A DNA stretch of 64,000 bases from a virus. Lineage: Duplodnaviria > Heunggongvirae > Uroviricota > Caudoviricetes. Below are positions 39,403 through 48,575 of this stretch, one piece after another (positions within the stretch are counted from its first letter, which is position 1; each line of letters begins with the position of its first letter). A program made the position numbers and the translations under genes. The stretch covers positions 3,744 through 67,743 of the IMG/VR virus record IMGVR_UViG_3300021400_001756; one strand, given 5' to 3'. The notes below the pieces were generated by a model that had not been told where the DNA came from, searched no databases, and saw only the letters and a program-made list of their open reading frames with translations.

Positions 39403-40287
39403 TTAACTCCTTTCTATACTTGTAGGTTGTAGTGTAATTGTTTGTTGTCTAAATTCTTTATTCTTACCTTTTACATAGGATTTAACAAATACAACCTTAC
39501 CATCTTTATATCTTCTATAGTGTCCTTGTACTTGAAATGAATGTGAATATGTGTATCCCTGTCTATGTTGTATTAGTTTTTTAACAGTTGTTTTACGTAT
39601 CTTGTTAAAATCATATATAGGTGTATTTATACATCTATGTTGCTTAACTTGTACTACACGCTTATCCTTAGTAGACTCTATATAATCTTTATTTGTTTTT
39701 TCGTAATAATAACTTGTTTTGTGTGTAGTTGTAGCCATATACCACAAACTAGTTACTAGTAAATCTACCACAACCTTATTAAGTTCATTTTGTATGTCAT
39801 TCAATGTATGTAATTTTGGAAAATTATCAAAAGGCGATATTGGGTCCATATCCTCAACATTCTTCATACTAGGTGTAGCTAGTTGAATATCCATACCACT
39901 AAACAATTCATTATTACTATTGTAATTTAGTATTTTTAATTTATCGTCTTCAAATCTAAAGTGTGCTGTAAATTTTCTAGTGGACATTATTTGCTCTTTT
40001 AGAATATTTTCTATTTCTCTGTATGTTTTACTATAGTGTTTAGCATTATCAATAATAATATCTTTATATTTAGATAAATCATCGTCCAGTATTTCGTTTT
40101 CAATAATAAAATATCCCTCATTAAATGTTCGTGGAACATCTTTTAGAAATCTAACGTCTTCATTCCACCATTCAATAAACATAGGTATTTTATTCTTAGG
40201 TAAAATAATTTGAGGTAATTTATTTCTTATATGTAAATGTTGATATTTAGGGTCTACACGTAAATTTACATTTTGTACATTAGTCAT
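39403..40287 (-). CDS. hypothetical protein with a basic C-terminus
   Basis: 294-aa ORF. Confidence 0.5.
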   Translation of the reverse strand: MTNVQNVNLRVDPKYQHLHIRNKLPQIILPKNKIPMFIEWWNEDVRFLKDVPRTFNEGYFIIENEILDDDLSKYKDIIIDNAKHYSKTYREIENILKEQIMSTRKFTAHFRFEDDKLKILNYNSNNELFSGMDIQLATPSMKNVEDMDPISPFDNFPKLHTLNDIQNELNKVVVDLLVTSLWYMATTTHKTSYYYEKTNKDYIESTKDKRVVQVKQHRCINTPIYDFNKIRKTTVKKLIQHRQGYTYSHSFQVQGHYRRYKDGKVVFVKSYVKGKNKEFRQQTITLQPTSIERS

Positions 40288-40303
40288 CTACATCATCTCC
40301 TCA

Positions 40304-40498
40304 CTACCAGTTAATCTTATTTTTATTTTTATTATACTCCTTAACAAGTTGCTTTATTAACTTATTAACTTTGTTTTTAGGTATTGTTCCTAACTCCATA
40401 TACTTATATACTTTGTTGATTAATTTGGGTTTTCTTATATACTTCATCATCTCATTTAAATTAGATATATTTATGTCTTGCCAATTTTCATCAAACAT
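40304..40498 (-). CDS. small hypothetical protein
   Basis: 64-aa ORF. Confidence 0.4.
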   Translation of the reverse strand: MFDENWQDINISNLNEMMKYIRKPKLINKVYKYMELGTIPKNKVNKLIKQLVKEYNKNKNKINW

Positions 40499-40716
40499 TA
40501 TTCTTGTTCCTCCTTAGCCTTAATATTGTCCTGTAGTTGGTCGTACTTTCTTTGATAATAACACATTTGAGCAGTTAATGTTGTTTCTTTACGTTTGTAA
40601 CATAACTTTTCACAAACTAAAATGATATTCCATATAAGTAAAGCTTGTGTTGTTATAAAGAATATTAAAGCTGTTGTGAACCAATTATTCTCCATTAAAA
40701 TCACCTCCACTGTCAC
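40498..40716 (-). CDS. small membrane protein
   Basis: 72 aa with one hydrophobic helix. Confidence 0.4.
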   Translation of the reverse strand: MTVEVILMENNWFTTALIFFITTQALLIWNIILVCEKLCYKRKETTLTAQMCYYQRKYDQLQDNIKAKEEQE

Positions 40717-40867
40717 TATCGTTGTTAAACCTAAATCCTGCTGGAGTTCGTTTTTGTAATTTCATATTATACTCACTGTTATTAGTTACAATTGTTATAT
40801 ATGCTTCTTTGTAGTCCAACTGTTCAACTAACTTTTGTATTTTATTTAATATTGTAGTCTCTCTCAT
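40685..40867 (-). CDS. small hypothetical protein
   Basis: 60-aa ORF. Confidence 0.35.
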   Translation of the reverse strand: MRETTILNKIQKLVEQLDYKEAYITIVTNNSEYNMKLQKRTPAGFRFNNDSDSGGDFNGE

Positions 40868-40886
40868 TTATAATACCTTCCTATGT

Positions 40887-41147
40887 TTATTTATATCCCA
40901 TACCTTCGTATTTAAAAAAGGTTGTAAATTCTATTTTACCACATTTTGGACAAATACTAACTATTTCATCTCCTTGAATATTTTCAAAAACTGTAGTTTT
41001 ATCAAATCTATTAAGAAGTATATAGTTATGCTTACAAAATAATTGTGCTAATTTGTTTTTATGTTGTACATTAACTAAAGAATAAGGTTTACTGGTTAAT
41101 AAAGGCATTCTATAACCGTATTTATCTTTATTCATTTTAAATAACAC
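40887..41147 (-). CDS. small hypothetical protein with a CPKCG zinc-ribbon motif
   Basis: 86-aa ORF. Confidence 0.45.
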   Translation of the reverse strand: MLFKMNKDKYGYRMPLLTSKPYSLVNVQHKNKLAQLFCKHNYILLNRFDKTTVFENIQGDEIVSICPKCGKIEFTTFFKYEGMGYK

Positions 41148-41257
41148 CTCCTATTTATAATATATGTCCATATCGTGTTAGGTTCAATTTTAAAACACTT
41201 TTATAGTTTAATAATAACTTTACATTATATTATATTAAATATAGCTTAAATCTCAAT

Positions 41258-41653
41258 TTAAAACTTTGGTAAGTATTTAGGGTTCCACCCCTCCAGTTCA
41301 TCATATATGTATGTGTTATACATATACTCCAGTTGGTCTTTATATGTTTTTAGTTTTGTAAGATTTTCTATATCTGTTTTTAACATATTAAATTCATCTA
41401 AAGTGTAAATTTTATGTACATCGCATAGATAATACTTACGTGAATCTTCTAAGTTTGTTACATGCACTTTGTATCGTCTTTTAATATCATCTATATTATC
41501 CAAATTTATGGTTAAAGAATCAGGCAATTTATATGCTCCACGTTTACTTATAAAGTTACGAATAAATCCCTTAACATATCTATAAGGTTCTACCTTGGTT
41601 GGAGGTAATAGTACGTATACCTCATCATTAACATTTAGTGTATATTCTTTCAT
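41258..41653 (-). CDS. hypothetical protein
   Basis: 131-aa ORF. Confidence 0.5.
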   Translation of the reverse strand: MKEYTLNVNDEVYVLLPPTKVEPYRYVKGFIRNFISKRGAYKLPDSLTINLDNIDDIKRRYKVHVTNLEDSRKYYLCDVHKIYTLDEFNMLKTDIENLTKLKTYKDQLEYMYNTYIYDELEGWNPKYLPKF

Positions 41654-41676
41654 TTTAATAACACCCCCTCTAATAA

Positions 41677-41961
41677 CTAAGCATTTACAATACTGTAAAC
41701 ATTATTATGATGTTTTCTAATATTGTAATCTCCATAACTATTTGTAGCTGTTTCCAAAGTAATTATATAGTCTAATTTATATCCCATCTCTTCTATATCA
41801 CATTTTTTACAGTATTTAATAAATTCGTATATCTCTGCCAACTGTTTTTGTATATCGTTATCTTGATTAATTTTAAATGCTTTAACTTCCTCATATTCAA
41901 ATGTTTTTACAGTTATTGTTACAACATCCTCATTACCTATTTTTAACATACTAATATCCAC
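41677..41961 (-). CDS. hypothetical protein
   Basis: 94-aa ORF. Confidence 0.45.
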   Translation of the reverse strand: MDISMLKIGNEDVVTITVKTFEYEEVKAFKINQDNDIQKQLAEIYEFIKYCKKCDIEEMGYKLDYIITLETATNSYGDYNIRKHHNNVYSIVNA

Positions 41962-42167
41962 TCCTTCATTTTATTATATATTTGGTTAATAGCTTTAGTA
42001 CTCTTACAACATAAACGTAGTTCATTAAGTTCTCCTACTAAAAATTCATGTTTTATTTGAGATATATCTGATATGTTGTAGCAGAATGTTTTATAGTTCT
42101 CAAACCATTTTAATATATTATCTTTATTGTATAAATTTATAACATCTTGTGTTTTCATACAAATCAC
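41943..42167 (-). CDS. hypothetical protein
   Basis: 74-aa ORF. Confidence 0.4.
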   Translation of the reverse strand: MICMKTQDVINLYNKDNILKWFENYKTFCYNISDISQIKHEFLVGELNELRLCCKSTKAINQIYNKMKEWILVC

Positions 42168-42170
42168 TCC

Positions 42171-42422
42171 TTATTTAGAACTATTACAAAATTCATCTAG
42201 TTCTATTTCAGTGTAAGCTGAATCATATAGTTGTCCTGTACAACTATCTATTTTTGGACAATTATTTATATCCGTTTTACCAAGTTTTTCAAAAGCATCT
42301 ACTATTTGTTTTGCTGTATAGTTTTTATATAATTCTCTTTCAAGTTTATACATCTCTTTAATAATTGTTTCAGGTCGTTTCATAATTAACCATCCTCCTA
42401 TTCTATATAATATTAAAAACAA
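42171..42422 (-). CDS. hypothetical protein
   Basis: 83-aa ORF. Confidence 0.45.
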   Translation of the reverse strand: MFLILYRIGGWLIMKRPETIIKEMYKLERELYKNYTAKQIVDAFEKLGKTDINNCPKIDSCTGQLYDSAYTEIELDEFCNSSK

Positions 42423-42483
42423 AAACTATTTATTATAAAATAAGTATAACATATATTTTAAAAAATGTAAATAACAAAATAAT

Positions 42484-42517
42484 AAAAAAAATAAAGTGTA
42501 TTCTAAAAATACACTTT
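42484..42517 (-). terminator. rho-independent terminator after cargo gene 7
   Basis: A hairpin aaagtgtat-tctaaaa-atacacttt is followed on the minus strand by a T8 run. Confidence 0.6.
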
Positions 42518-42633
42518 AAAATCTTATTTGTATAATAAAAACAGTTCATTTAACTTATTTTCCATATCCACATCTATTTAAAAATAATACAATTATTTAG
42601 TTTTAGTGTACTTAATTATTATACCTTTTTAAT

Positions 42634-43329
42634 CTATACATATCTTTTATTGTGTTCTAGGTCATATTTAAACAGATTTATAATTTTATCTATGTTATTA
42701 CACCAACCATAATATGGATATTTGATTTGTGGTTTACCACTTCTTATACCCTTAAAATGAAGTGTTACACCTGTATTATCAGAGTCGAAAAGTGTTGGAT
42801 AAGGAGTACCCGTATTTATTCTAAAATCTACACCAGTTTCATCTAATAACCTTTGATGAACATTTGAAATATACGATGCTACAATATCCGTTTCTGAATT
42901 TAAAGGTTCTGTACAAATAAAACTAAGCGTATCATGGTCGTCATTGTTATATATATATCCAATCTGATATGTTAAATTTTTATTGTCCTTGTTAACTCCC
43001 CACTCAGCTATATAATTGTAATAAAATTGATGGTTTGGACAATCTGACCTAGTTTTAATATAGTTCATTTGTTTTAAAATATTATCTACTTTCACACCTT
43101 CAATATATAAGTCACTTATATGTGCAGTATAATAATATGATTGTGTATTATTTTTAATATCTGTATCTACTTTAGATGTAAACTTTAGATTAGGTTTTCC
43201 AGCTAATTCTTTGAAAGTTTGTGCTTCTCTTTTTGCTAACTCCCTACCGTCAATATCTTCTTTACCTTCTACAAGTTTTCCTTGTAAAGCTAACATAGTG
43301 TTTTCTACCAATCTATCCTTTTGATTCAT
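42634..43329 (-). CDS. leader-tagged variable protein 7 (MNQKDRLVENTMLALQGKLVEGKE...)
   Basis: It carries the conserved 21-aa N-terminal leader and a unique 210-aa C-terminal domain. Confidence 0.6.
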   Translation of the reverse strand: MNQKDRLVENTMLALQGKLVEGKEDIDGRELAKREAQTFKELAGKPNLKFTSKVDTDIKNNTQSYYYTAHISDLYIEGVKVDNILKQMNYIKTRSDCPNHQFYYNYIAEWGVNKDNKNLTYQIGYIYNNDDHDTLSFICTEPLNSETDIVASYISNVHQRLLDETGVDFRINTGTPYPTLFDSDNTGVTLHFKGIRSGKPQIKYPYYGWCNNIDKIINLFKYDLEHNKRYV

Positions 43330-43418
43330 ATTTTATCTCCTTATAAATCTAGTATCTAATATTATTTTACTTATTTTAGTATATAAGGAAAGGAAGTATT
43401 TTTCAATACTCCCGTTAT

Positions 43419-43455
43419 ATAATAAAAAATAAAGTGTACCTAAATTGTACACTTT
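43419..43455 (-). terminator. rho-independent terminator after cargo gene 6
   Basis: A hairpin aaagtgtac-ctaaatt-gtacacttt is followed on the minus strand by a T-run. Its stem is related to that of the 42484 terminator. Confidence 0.6.
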
Positions 43456-43468
43456 ATAATATAAAATA

Positions 43469-44272
43469 TTATCCATTATTTTCCCAATAAGTTGTTAGTT
43501 TATTAGCAATAGCATCTAAATCTTGACTAACTTCACGGTATAATTTTAGTTCTTCCTTATCCACACCTGCTTCAAAGCTATCTTCTAAACTAAATAGTTC
43601 AAAGTATGTAACTAAATCATTTAATGTATCTAAAGCATCTGTGTTAGACATTGAACCAAACTCTGTTTCATCTGTAAAGTTGAAAGCTATACCCTCAGTT
43701 TTTAATTGTTTTGATTCTGCAGCACATAAAGATTCTTTAAATAAATAATTTTTACCAGTTATTCTCCAAACACAGTTTAAAAGGTCTTCTATGTTAGCCT
43801 TATTAGCTATTTTTTCTTCATAATCTAAGGGGTCTTCTATCATATTGCAATTATCATCTACATTTTCTTCAGATATCCAATTAGTATAACTTAATAAATA
43901 ATTAGCTAACACATTTTTATATTCTTCTTTAGATAAAATATCTTTTATATCAACTAAAGTTTTAGGAAATAATCTAGATTCATTAAGTTGGATTTCTTCC
44001 CAATTATCAGCACCATTATTTCCAAATTTAGACTCTCTTTCTATAAAATCGAAAACATCTTCATAACTAGAAAACTTTCTAGCTTTTTCTATATCTTTTA
44101 CCCAGTAATAATTATTATTTGATTTCTCAGATAAATATCTATTTGTTTTATTATTTCTAATAACCCAAATTTCTGACTTAGATTCTTCTATTCTTCTAGT
44201 ATCTTGAGCTTCAGTTAATTTATTTTGTAAAGCTAGCATTGTGTTTTCTGTTAGTCTGTCTTTTTCATTCAT
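43469..44272 (-). CDS. leader-tagged variable protein 6 (MNEKDRLTENTMLALQNKLTEAQD...)
   Basis: Conserved leader with a unique C-terminal domain. Confidence 0.6.
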   Translation of the reverse strand: MNEKDRLTENTMLALQNKLTEAQDTRRIEESKSEIWVIRNNKTNRYLSEKSNNNYYWVKDIEKARKFSSYEDVFDFIERESKFGNNGADNWEEIQLNESRLFPKTLVDIKDILSKEEYKNVLANYLLSYTNWISEENVDDNCNMIEDPLDYEEKIANKANIEDLLNCVWRITGKNYLFKESLCAAESKQLKTEGIAFNFTDETEFGSMSNTDALDTLNDLVTYFELFSLEDSFEAGVDKEELKLYREVSQDLDAIANKLTTYWENNG

Positions 44273-44325
44273 AATTTTCCTCCTATATTTTAAAATTTAT
44301 TAAATTAACACGTACTTTTTCACAT
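44250..44325 (-). repeat. about 75-bp repeat copy A (5' end plus UTR of cargo gene 6)
   Basis: It is identical to 46498..46573. It contains the RBS and ttttaaaatat, and overlaps the stop of gene 5. Confidence 0.7.
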
Positions 44326-45183
44326 TTCATAGAATGATTTTTTAGTTAAACCACTATTATATTTATAATTTTTTCCAACTACTTTGCAAATTATAACCTC
44401 TCCATCACCATAATCTTGATTTTGAAAATAGTTAATTATAGTTTTTATCTTCTCTTCATCAGTTTCTTCAGCATCATAATAATCTTCTGGATTTAATCCT
44501 AATATATCAGTCATTACATACTCAAACGCTTCTAAATCAGTATCAAAATATTCTACTGTGTTACAATAATCGTCGTCTACATCTTCTCTAGTTTCTTCTC
44601 TTCTTTCACGAGTTGCAGTGTTTAAATAATAAACTATATTATATTTTAAATTTCCTTTAGATGGTTTATTACTTAGTTCATTTAGAGCATTTTCTACAAA
44701 TGTTGTAAGATTTTTATTTACTATATTTACAGTTTTATCAATTAAATTTTTACATTGTTTAATTAACTCTAACCCATTTTCATTTGTTACAGGTTTACGA
44801 TATACAGAATCATCCTTTAACTCTGGATATTTATAATAAAAATCATTAGCTATATCGTTTGTTAAATCTCCATATTTCTCATAAACTCTATATAATTGTT
44901 TATCTTCGTCAGATATTAGTTTATCTACTTCATCCTCGATATATGAAAAAGATGAATAATATATATAATATGTATCATCATATAAACGTTGTATCACATC
45001 TATTTGATTGTTTAAATATACACACTCAATTATTCCAGTGCCTTTAACACAACTAGGTTTCAAATTACATTGTTTAAACCAATTCATAATTGTAGTTTCA
45101 CTTAATTTAGATTCATTATCTTCAGTTAATTTACCTTGTAAAGCTAGCATTGTGTTTTCTGTTAATTTATCCTTTTGATTCAT
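44320..45183 (-). CDS. leader-tagged variable protein 5 (MNQKDKLTENTMLALQGKLTEDNE...)
   Basis: Conserved leader with a unique C-terminal domain. Confidence 0.6.
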   Translation of the reverse strand: MNQKDKLTENTMLALQGKLTEDNESKLSETTIMNWFKQCNLKPSCVKGTGIIECVYLNNQIDVIQRLYDDTYYIYYSSFSYIEDEVDKLISDEDKQLYRVYEKYGDLTNDIANDFYYKYPELKDDSVYRKPVTNENGLELIKQCKNLIDKTVNIVNKNLTTFVENALNELSNKPSKGNLKYNIVYYLNTATRERREETREDVDDDYCNTVEYFDTDLEAFEYVMTDILGLNPEDYYDAEETDEEKIKTIINYFQNQDYGDGEVIICKVVGKNYKYNSGLTKKSFYEM

Positions 45184-45194
45184 ATCTGCCTCCT

Positions 45195-45944
45195 TTAACT
45201 TATTATTTTAAATATATCTTCATCCCACATTAAATATGATTTATCTCCAAAAGGTCTACCATCTCTATATGTAGAATGTGTATCAATAAATATAAAATTG
45301 TTTTCATCCAATACTGTTTTAACAGGTGTATGTCCTATAATTTGATATGGTACTATAGGTTTTTCTATTTTATTATAGTATATATGTTCTGTATAATCTG
45401 CCCATACAAAGGAACTAAATGGACAATTTCCACCTCTACTACTTGATACTACAGATAACATATATAAATTATTAAGTTTATCATTATTTATATTTTCTAA
45501 TTGTTTTTGCCAATTATTTTCTTCATCTAACATATTTTTAATATAATCGTTAGTTATTCCTGCATGTGTACATACATAATCTTTATCATTACATTTTACA
45601 ACTGTATAGAAATTTAATTTATCAATATTCTCTTTTAGTTTATTAGTCATTACATCATCTAAATTATAATCATGTCCTGAGCACTCATACCCTAAATAAC
45701 TTAACTCATGATTTCCTAAGAGAAATGTATATTTATTGGGTTCATTTTCTTTTAAATTAAAAACTGTATTTAATGTCTCTAAAGAATTATGATTATCTGT
45801 TAACCAATCATCTACATAATCACCCATAAATATTATTCTATTAAATTTATATTTTTCATCTAATCGTTTTACATCTTCAAATATGTAAGAATGATTGTGC
45901 ACATCTCCTACAAATAGATATTTCATTATTATATACTCCTCCAT
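45195..45944 (-). CDS. calcineurin-like metallophosphatase (lambda-PPase-like)
   Basis: GDVHN, GDYVDD and GNHE motifs. It has no leader and is embedded in the cargo cassette. Confidence 0.65.
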   Translation of the reverse strand: MEEYIIMKYLFVGDVHNHSYIFEDVKRLDEKYKFNRIIFMGDYVDDWLTDNHNSLETLNTVFNLKENEPNKYTFLLGNHELSYLGYECSGHDYNLDDVMTNKLKENIDKLNFYTVVKCNDKDYVCTHAGITNDYIKNMLDEENNWQKQLENINNDKLNNLYMLSVVSSSRGGNCPFSSFVWADYTEHIYYNKIEKPIVPYQIIGHTPVKTVLDENNFIFIDTHSTYRDGRPFGDKSYLMWDEDIFKIIS

Positions 45945-46040
45945 TTAAGTTAATAAAATATAACTTAACTTTTATAATAATTATCTTTATATCAAATATT
46001 ATATCCTTTTATGTTATAATTAAATCCGTTATTATATAGA

Positions 46041-46520
46041 TTATTTAAAATTTTTTAATACCTCTCTGTAATCTTCACCATCTTCGGAATGATAGTTTGT
46101 TTGTGTTCTAACATATTCAGCATTATTTATACAACGTTTAAAATAGTCATCAACTATTTTCTTAGGAGTATAATTTATTATAAATGCTGTTGCATCGTCT
46201 TCATGATTTTCATTAAGAAAAGCAACTATATTATTTTGACCCATTGTTTCACTGTATTCTTTTAATTCAAAATCATTTAATATTTTTTTTCGACATTTAG
46301 TTGGAAGCTTATTAAAAAAGTACATAGCGACTCTTTTGTCTTTAATATATCTTGAATTTCCATATGGGTCAGCATATACTATTAAATACAGTATTTTATC
46401 CGCAATAACTTTACTTTCTTTTTCATTATATGTAATAGTTTCTTCACTTTTTGATTCCTTAGTTAGTTTACCTTGTAGAGCTAATACAGTGGCTTCTTGT
46501 AGTCTGTCTTTTTCATTCAT
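46041..46520 (-). CDS. leader-tagged variable protein 4 (MNEKDRLQEATVLALQGKLTKESK...)
   Basis: Conserved leader. Its 5' region is identical at the DNA level to that of gene 6. Confidence 0.6.
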   Translation of the reverse strand: MNEKDRLQEATVLALQGKLTKESKSEETITYNEKESKVIADKILYLIVYADPYGNSRYIKDKRVAMYFFNKLPTKCRKKILNDFELKEYSETMGQNNIVAFLNENHEDDATAFIINYTPKKIVDDYFKRCINNAEYVRTQTNYHSEDGEDYREVLKNFK

Positions 46521-46573
46521 AATTTTCCTCCTATATTTTAAAATTTATTAAATTAACACGTACTTTTTCACAT
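46498..46573 (-). repeat. about 75-bp repeat copy B (5' end plus UTR of cargo gene 4)
   Basis: It is identical to 44250..44325. Confidence 0.7.
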
Positions 46574-46628
46574 ATATTTATAACTTTCTTTTTCTGTTGG
46601 ATAGTCTGTTAATTCATTAGGTATTCTA

Positions 46629-47135
46629 TTAGTTTTCTAATTTATTTCGCATTTCACTCATTCGGTCTGCAGTAAATTTAGGGTTAGCATAAGATTTAAC
46701 TTTTGATAAAGATAATCTATGTTCAAACCCTGCTCTTATTTCATCCAGTTGTTCTTCATTAAATTTACCACTTTCTTCACATTGTTTTAAGAACTCTTCG
46801 TTCTTATTTTGATTACTGTACTGTCTCTTAACATAATCAAATAATAGTGCTGTAGCATTCCAAGCTGTACTTTCGTAACAATCGTAATTATCACAAATAT
46901 TATCTAGCCAATCTGGACCCCAAGCATTTAACTCATCTATAAAACAACCTAAATCATCATTACTTTTTTTATAAGCACGAAATAGGTCTGTCATATCATA
47001 TTCAAATTCTTCTTTAAGGTCCCTATATATGTCGTTAGCTCCTTCAGTTAATTTTGTTTTTAATCTTTTACCTTCTACAAGTTTACCTTGTAAAGCTAGC
47101 ATTGTAGCTTCTGTTAATTTGTCTTTTTCATTCAT
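46629..47135 (-). CDS. leader-tagged variable protein 3 (MNEKDKLTEATMLALQGKLVEGKR...)
   Basis: Conserved leader with a unique C-terminal domain. Confidence 0.6.
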   Translation of the reverse strand: MNEKDKLTEATMLALQGKLVEGKRLKTKLTEGANDIYRDLKEEFEYDMTDLFRAYKKSNDDLGCFIDELNAWGPDWLDNICDNYDCYESTAWNATALLFDYVKRQYSNQNKNEEFLKQCEESGKFNEEQLDEIRAGFEHRLSLSKVKSYANPKFTADRMSEMRNKLEN

Positions 47136-47149
47136 TCTTTAATCCTCCT

Positions 47150-47722
47150 TTAATATAAAAAAGCTAATGGGTCAAATGAATTTGCTGGATATAAACGTTC
47201 TCCATAAACACCATTTAAAACTTTTTGTAATTCTTGTTTTAATTCCTTTATAGAAGTATAACCAGAAACATCTTCATATTCATATACATTTCCAGTACTA
47301 GTATCAGCAATTATATATGTTTTATAATTTTCTACAGAATATGGGTCTGTATATCTACCTAAAAGATAGGGAGGTAAATTTGTACTCATTTTATAATAAT
47401 CTTTTTGATTATTTACCTCGTGCCAACCAGAATTATTTCCATAGAAGAATTTATTATTTTCATATTTACACCACTTATTTTTAGTAAAATATTCGTTCTT
47501 TAAAAATGTAATAAATAATTCATTTACACTATTATCTTTATATTGTCCTTTAACATTTTTAGCATCTAGTTTTTCTGCTTCTTTTTGTGCAGTTTTTAAA
47601 TCTGTAAATTCTTTATCCATTACAGTATCATCTTTAAGTACAATCTTATATATGTATGGATTATTTTCTCCTTCTGTTAAGACTTTTATAGTAGCCTCCA
47701 GCAGTTTGTCTTTTTGATTCAT
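47150..47722 (-). CDS. leader-tagged variable protein 2, degenerate leader (MNQKDKLLEATIKVLTEGEN...)
   Basis: The leader has a 3-residue deletion relative to the consensus. Confidence 0.55.
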   Translation of the reverse strand: MNQKDKLLEATIKVLTEGENNPYIYKIVLKDDTVMDKEFTDLKTAQKEAEKLDAKNVKGQYKDNSVNELFITFLKNEYFTKNKWCKYENNKFFYGNNSGWHEVNNQKDYYKMSTNLPPYLLGRYTDPYSVENYKTYIIADTSTGNVYEYEDVSGYTSIKELKQELQKVLNGVYGERLYPANSFDPLAFLY

Positions 47723-47723
47723 T

Positions 47724-48332
47724 TTATCTCCTTTCTAAATATTTTGGATTTGACGATGGTATAATTTTGTAATCAATAATTTCGCCATCTGAAGTAAAAG
47801 TACGTTTATATGTTTCTCCATCATGTTTAGCTAAATCCAAGGTTTTATAAATATATGCAGTTTTAATATCATCATTCAAAGTTTTATCTGGTTGTATATA
47901 TTTAAGCTTGTCATTATTAGCTATCTTTATACCAACTATGTAGTAATCAATTAAACCCAATTCATATTTAATATCAATTATGTTCTTATCTACATAATTT
48001 TTAATATATTTAATATAATCCTCACTATTATCTTTATTAAGATAATCTACTCTAATTATCTCTTGATTTTTTTCGTTTTTATCTTTTACAGTTAATTGTA
48101 TATAACTATTTTTGTTAGTGTTAACCCTATTTCTAAAATTTAAGGTACAATCTAAATCATTATATTTAAAACGTATATAATGTCCTTGTTCATGTTGACT
48201 AAGGATTGTATAATTATTAAACGTATTTTTAAAATTGTTAATGGCTTTAAACTTATCTATATAAATACCCTCACATAATTTACCTTGTAAACCAAGCATA
48301 GTAGCTTCTGTTAATTTGTCTTTAATATTCAT
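47724..48332 (-). CDS. leader-tagged variable protein 1 (MNIKDKLTEATMLGLQGKLCEG...)
   Basis: The start is probably the second ATG, about 30 nt inside track ORF 47724..48362. A gggag RBS lies 10 nt upstream of it, and the promoter-like motif abuts the first ATG. Confidence 0.55.
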   Translation of the reverse strand: MNIKDKLTEATMLGLQGKLCEGIYIDKFKAINNFKNTFNNYTILSQHEQGHYIRFKYNDLDCTLNFRNRVNTNKNSYIQLTVKDKNEKNQEIIRVDYLNKDNSEDYIKYIKNYVDKNIIDIKYELGLIDYYIVGIKIANNDKLKYIQPDKTLNDDIKTAYIYKTLDLAKHDGETYKRTFTSDGEIIDYKIIPSSNPKYLERR

Positions 48333-48363
48333 ATAATTATATTCTCCCTTCAATATAAACATC

Positions 48364-48381
48364 TAATAATATTTTACATCA
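48364..48381 (-). promoter_or_regulatory. conserved promoter-like motif (GATGTAAAATATTATTAG)
   Basis: About 32 nt upstream of the probable start of cargo gene 1. Confidence 0.4.
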
Positions 48382-48575
48382 AATCTTGAGCCCATACATA
48401 GGTAACACTTCCACAACCATACACCTTCACATAACCCTCTTGAATAATTAAATATTCATTATCAGTCTCATATTAGTACAATTATAACATATATGTATAT
48501 TAACATCAATTATAGAGATAAAATAAAAGGACATACTTAATTGTATGTCCTCTAAATTTATTGTTTAAGTGAATA

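Noticed and set aside
44859-46551. Plus-strand ORFs of 62 and 71 aa
   Set aside because: They are antisense in cargo genes 5 and 4.
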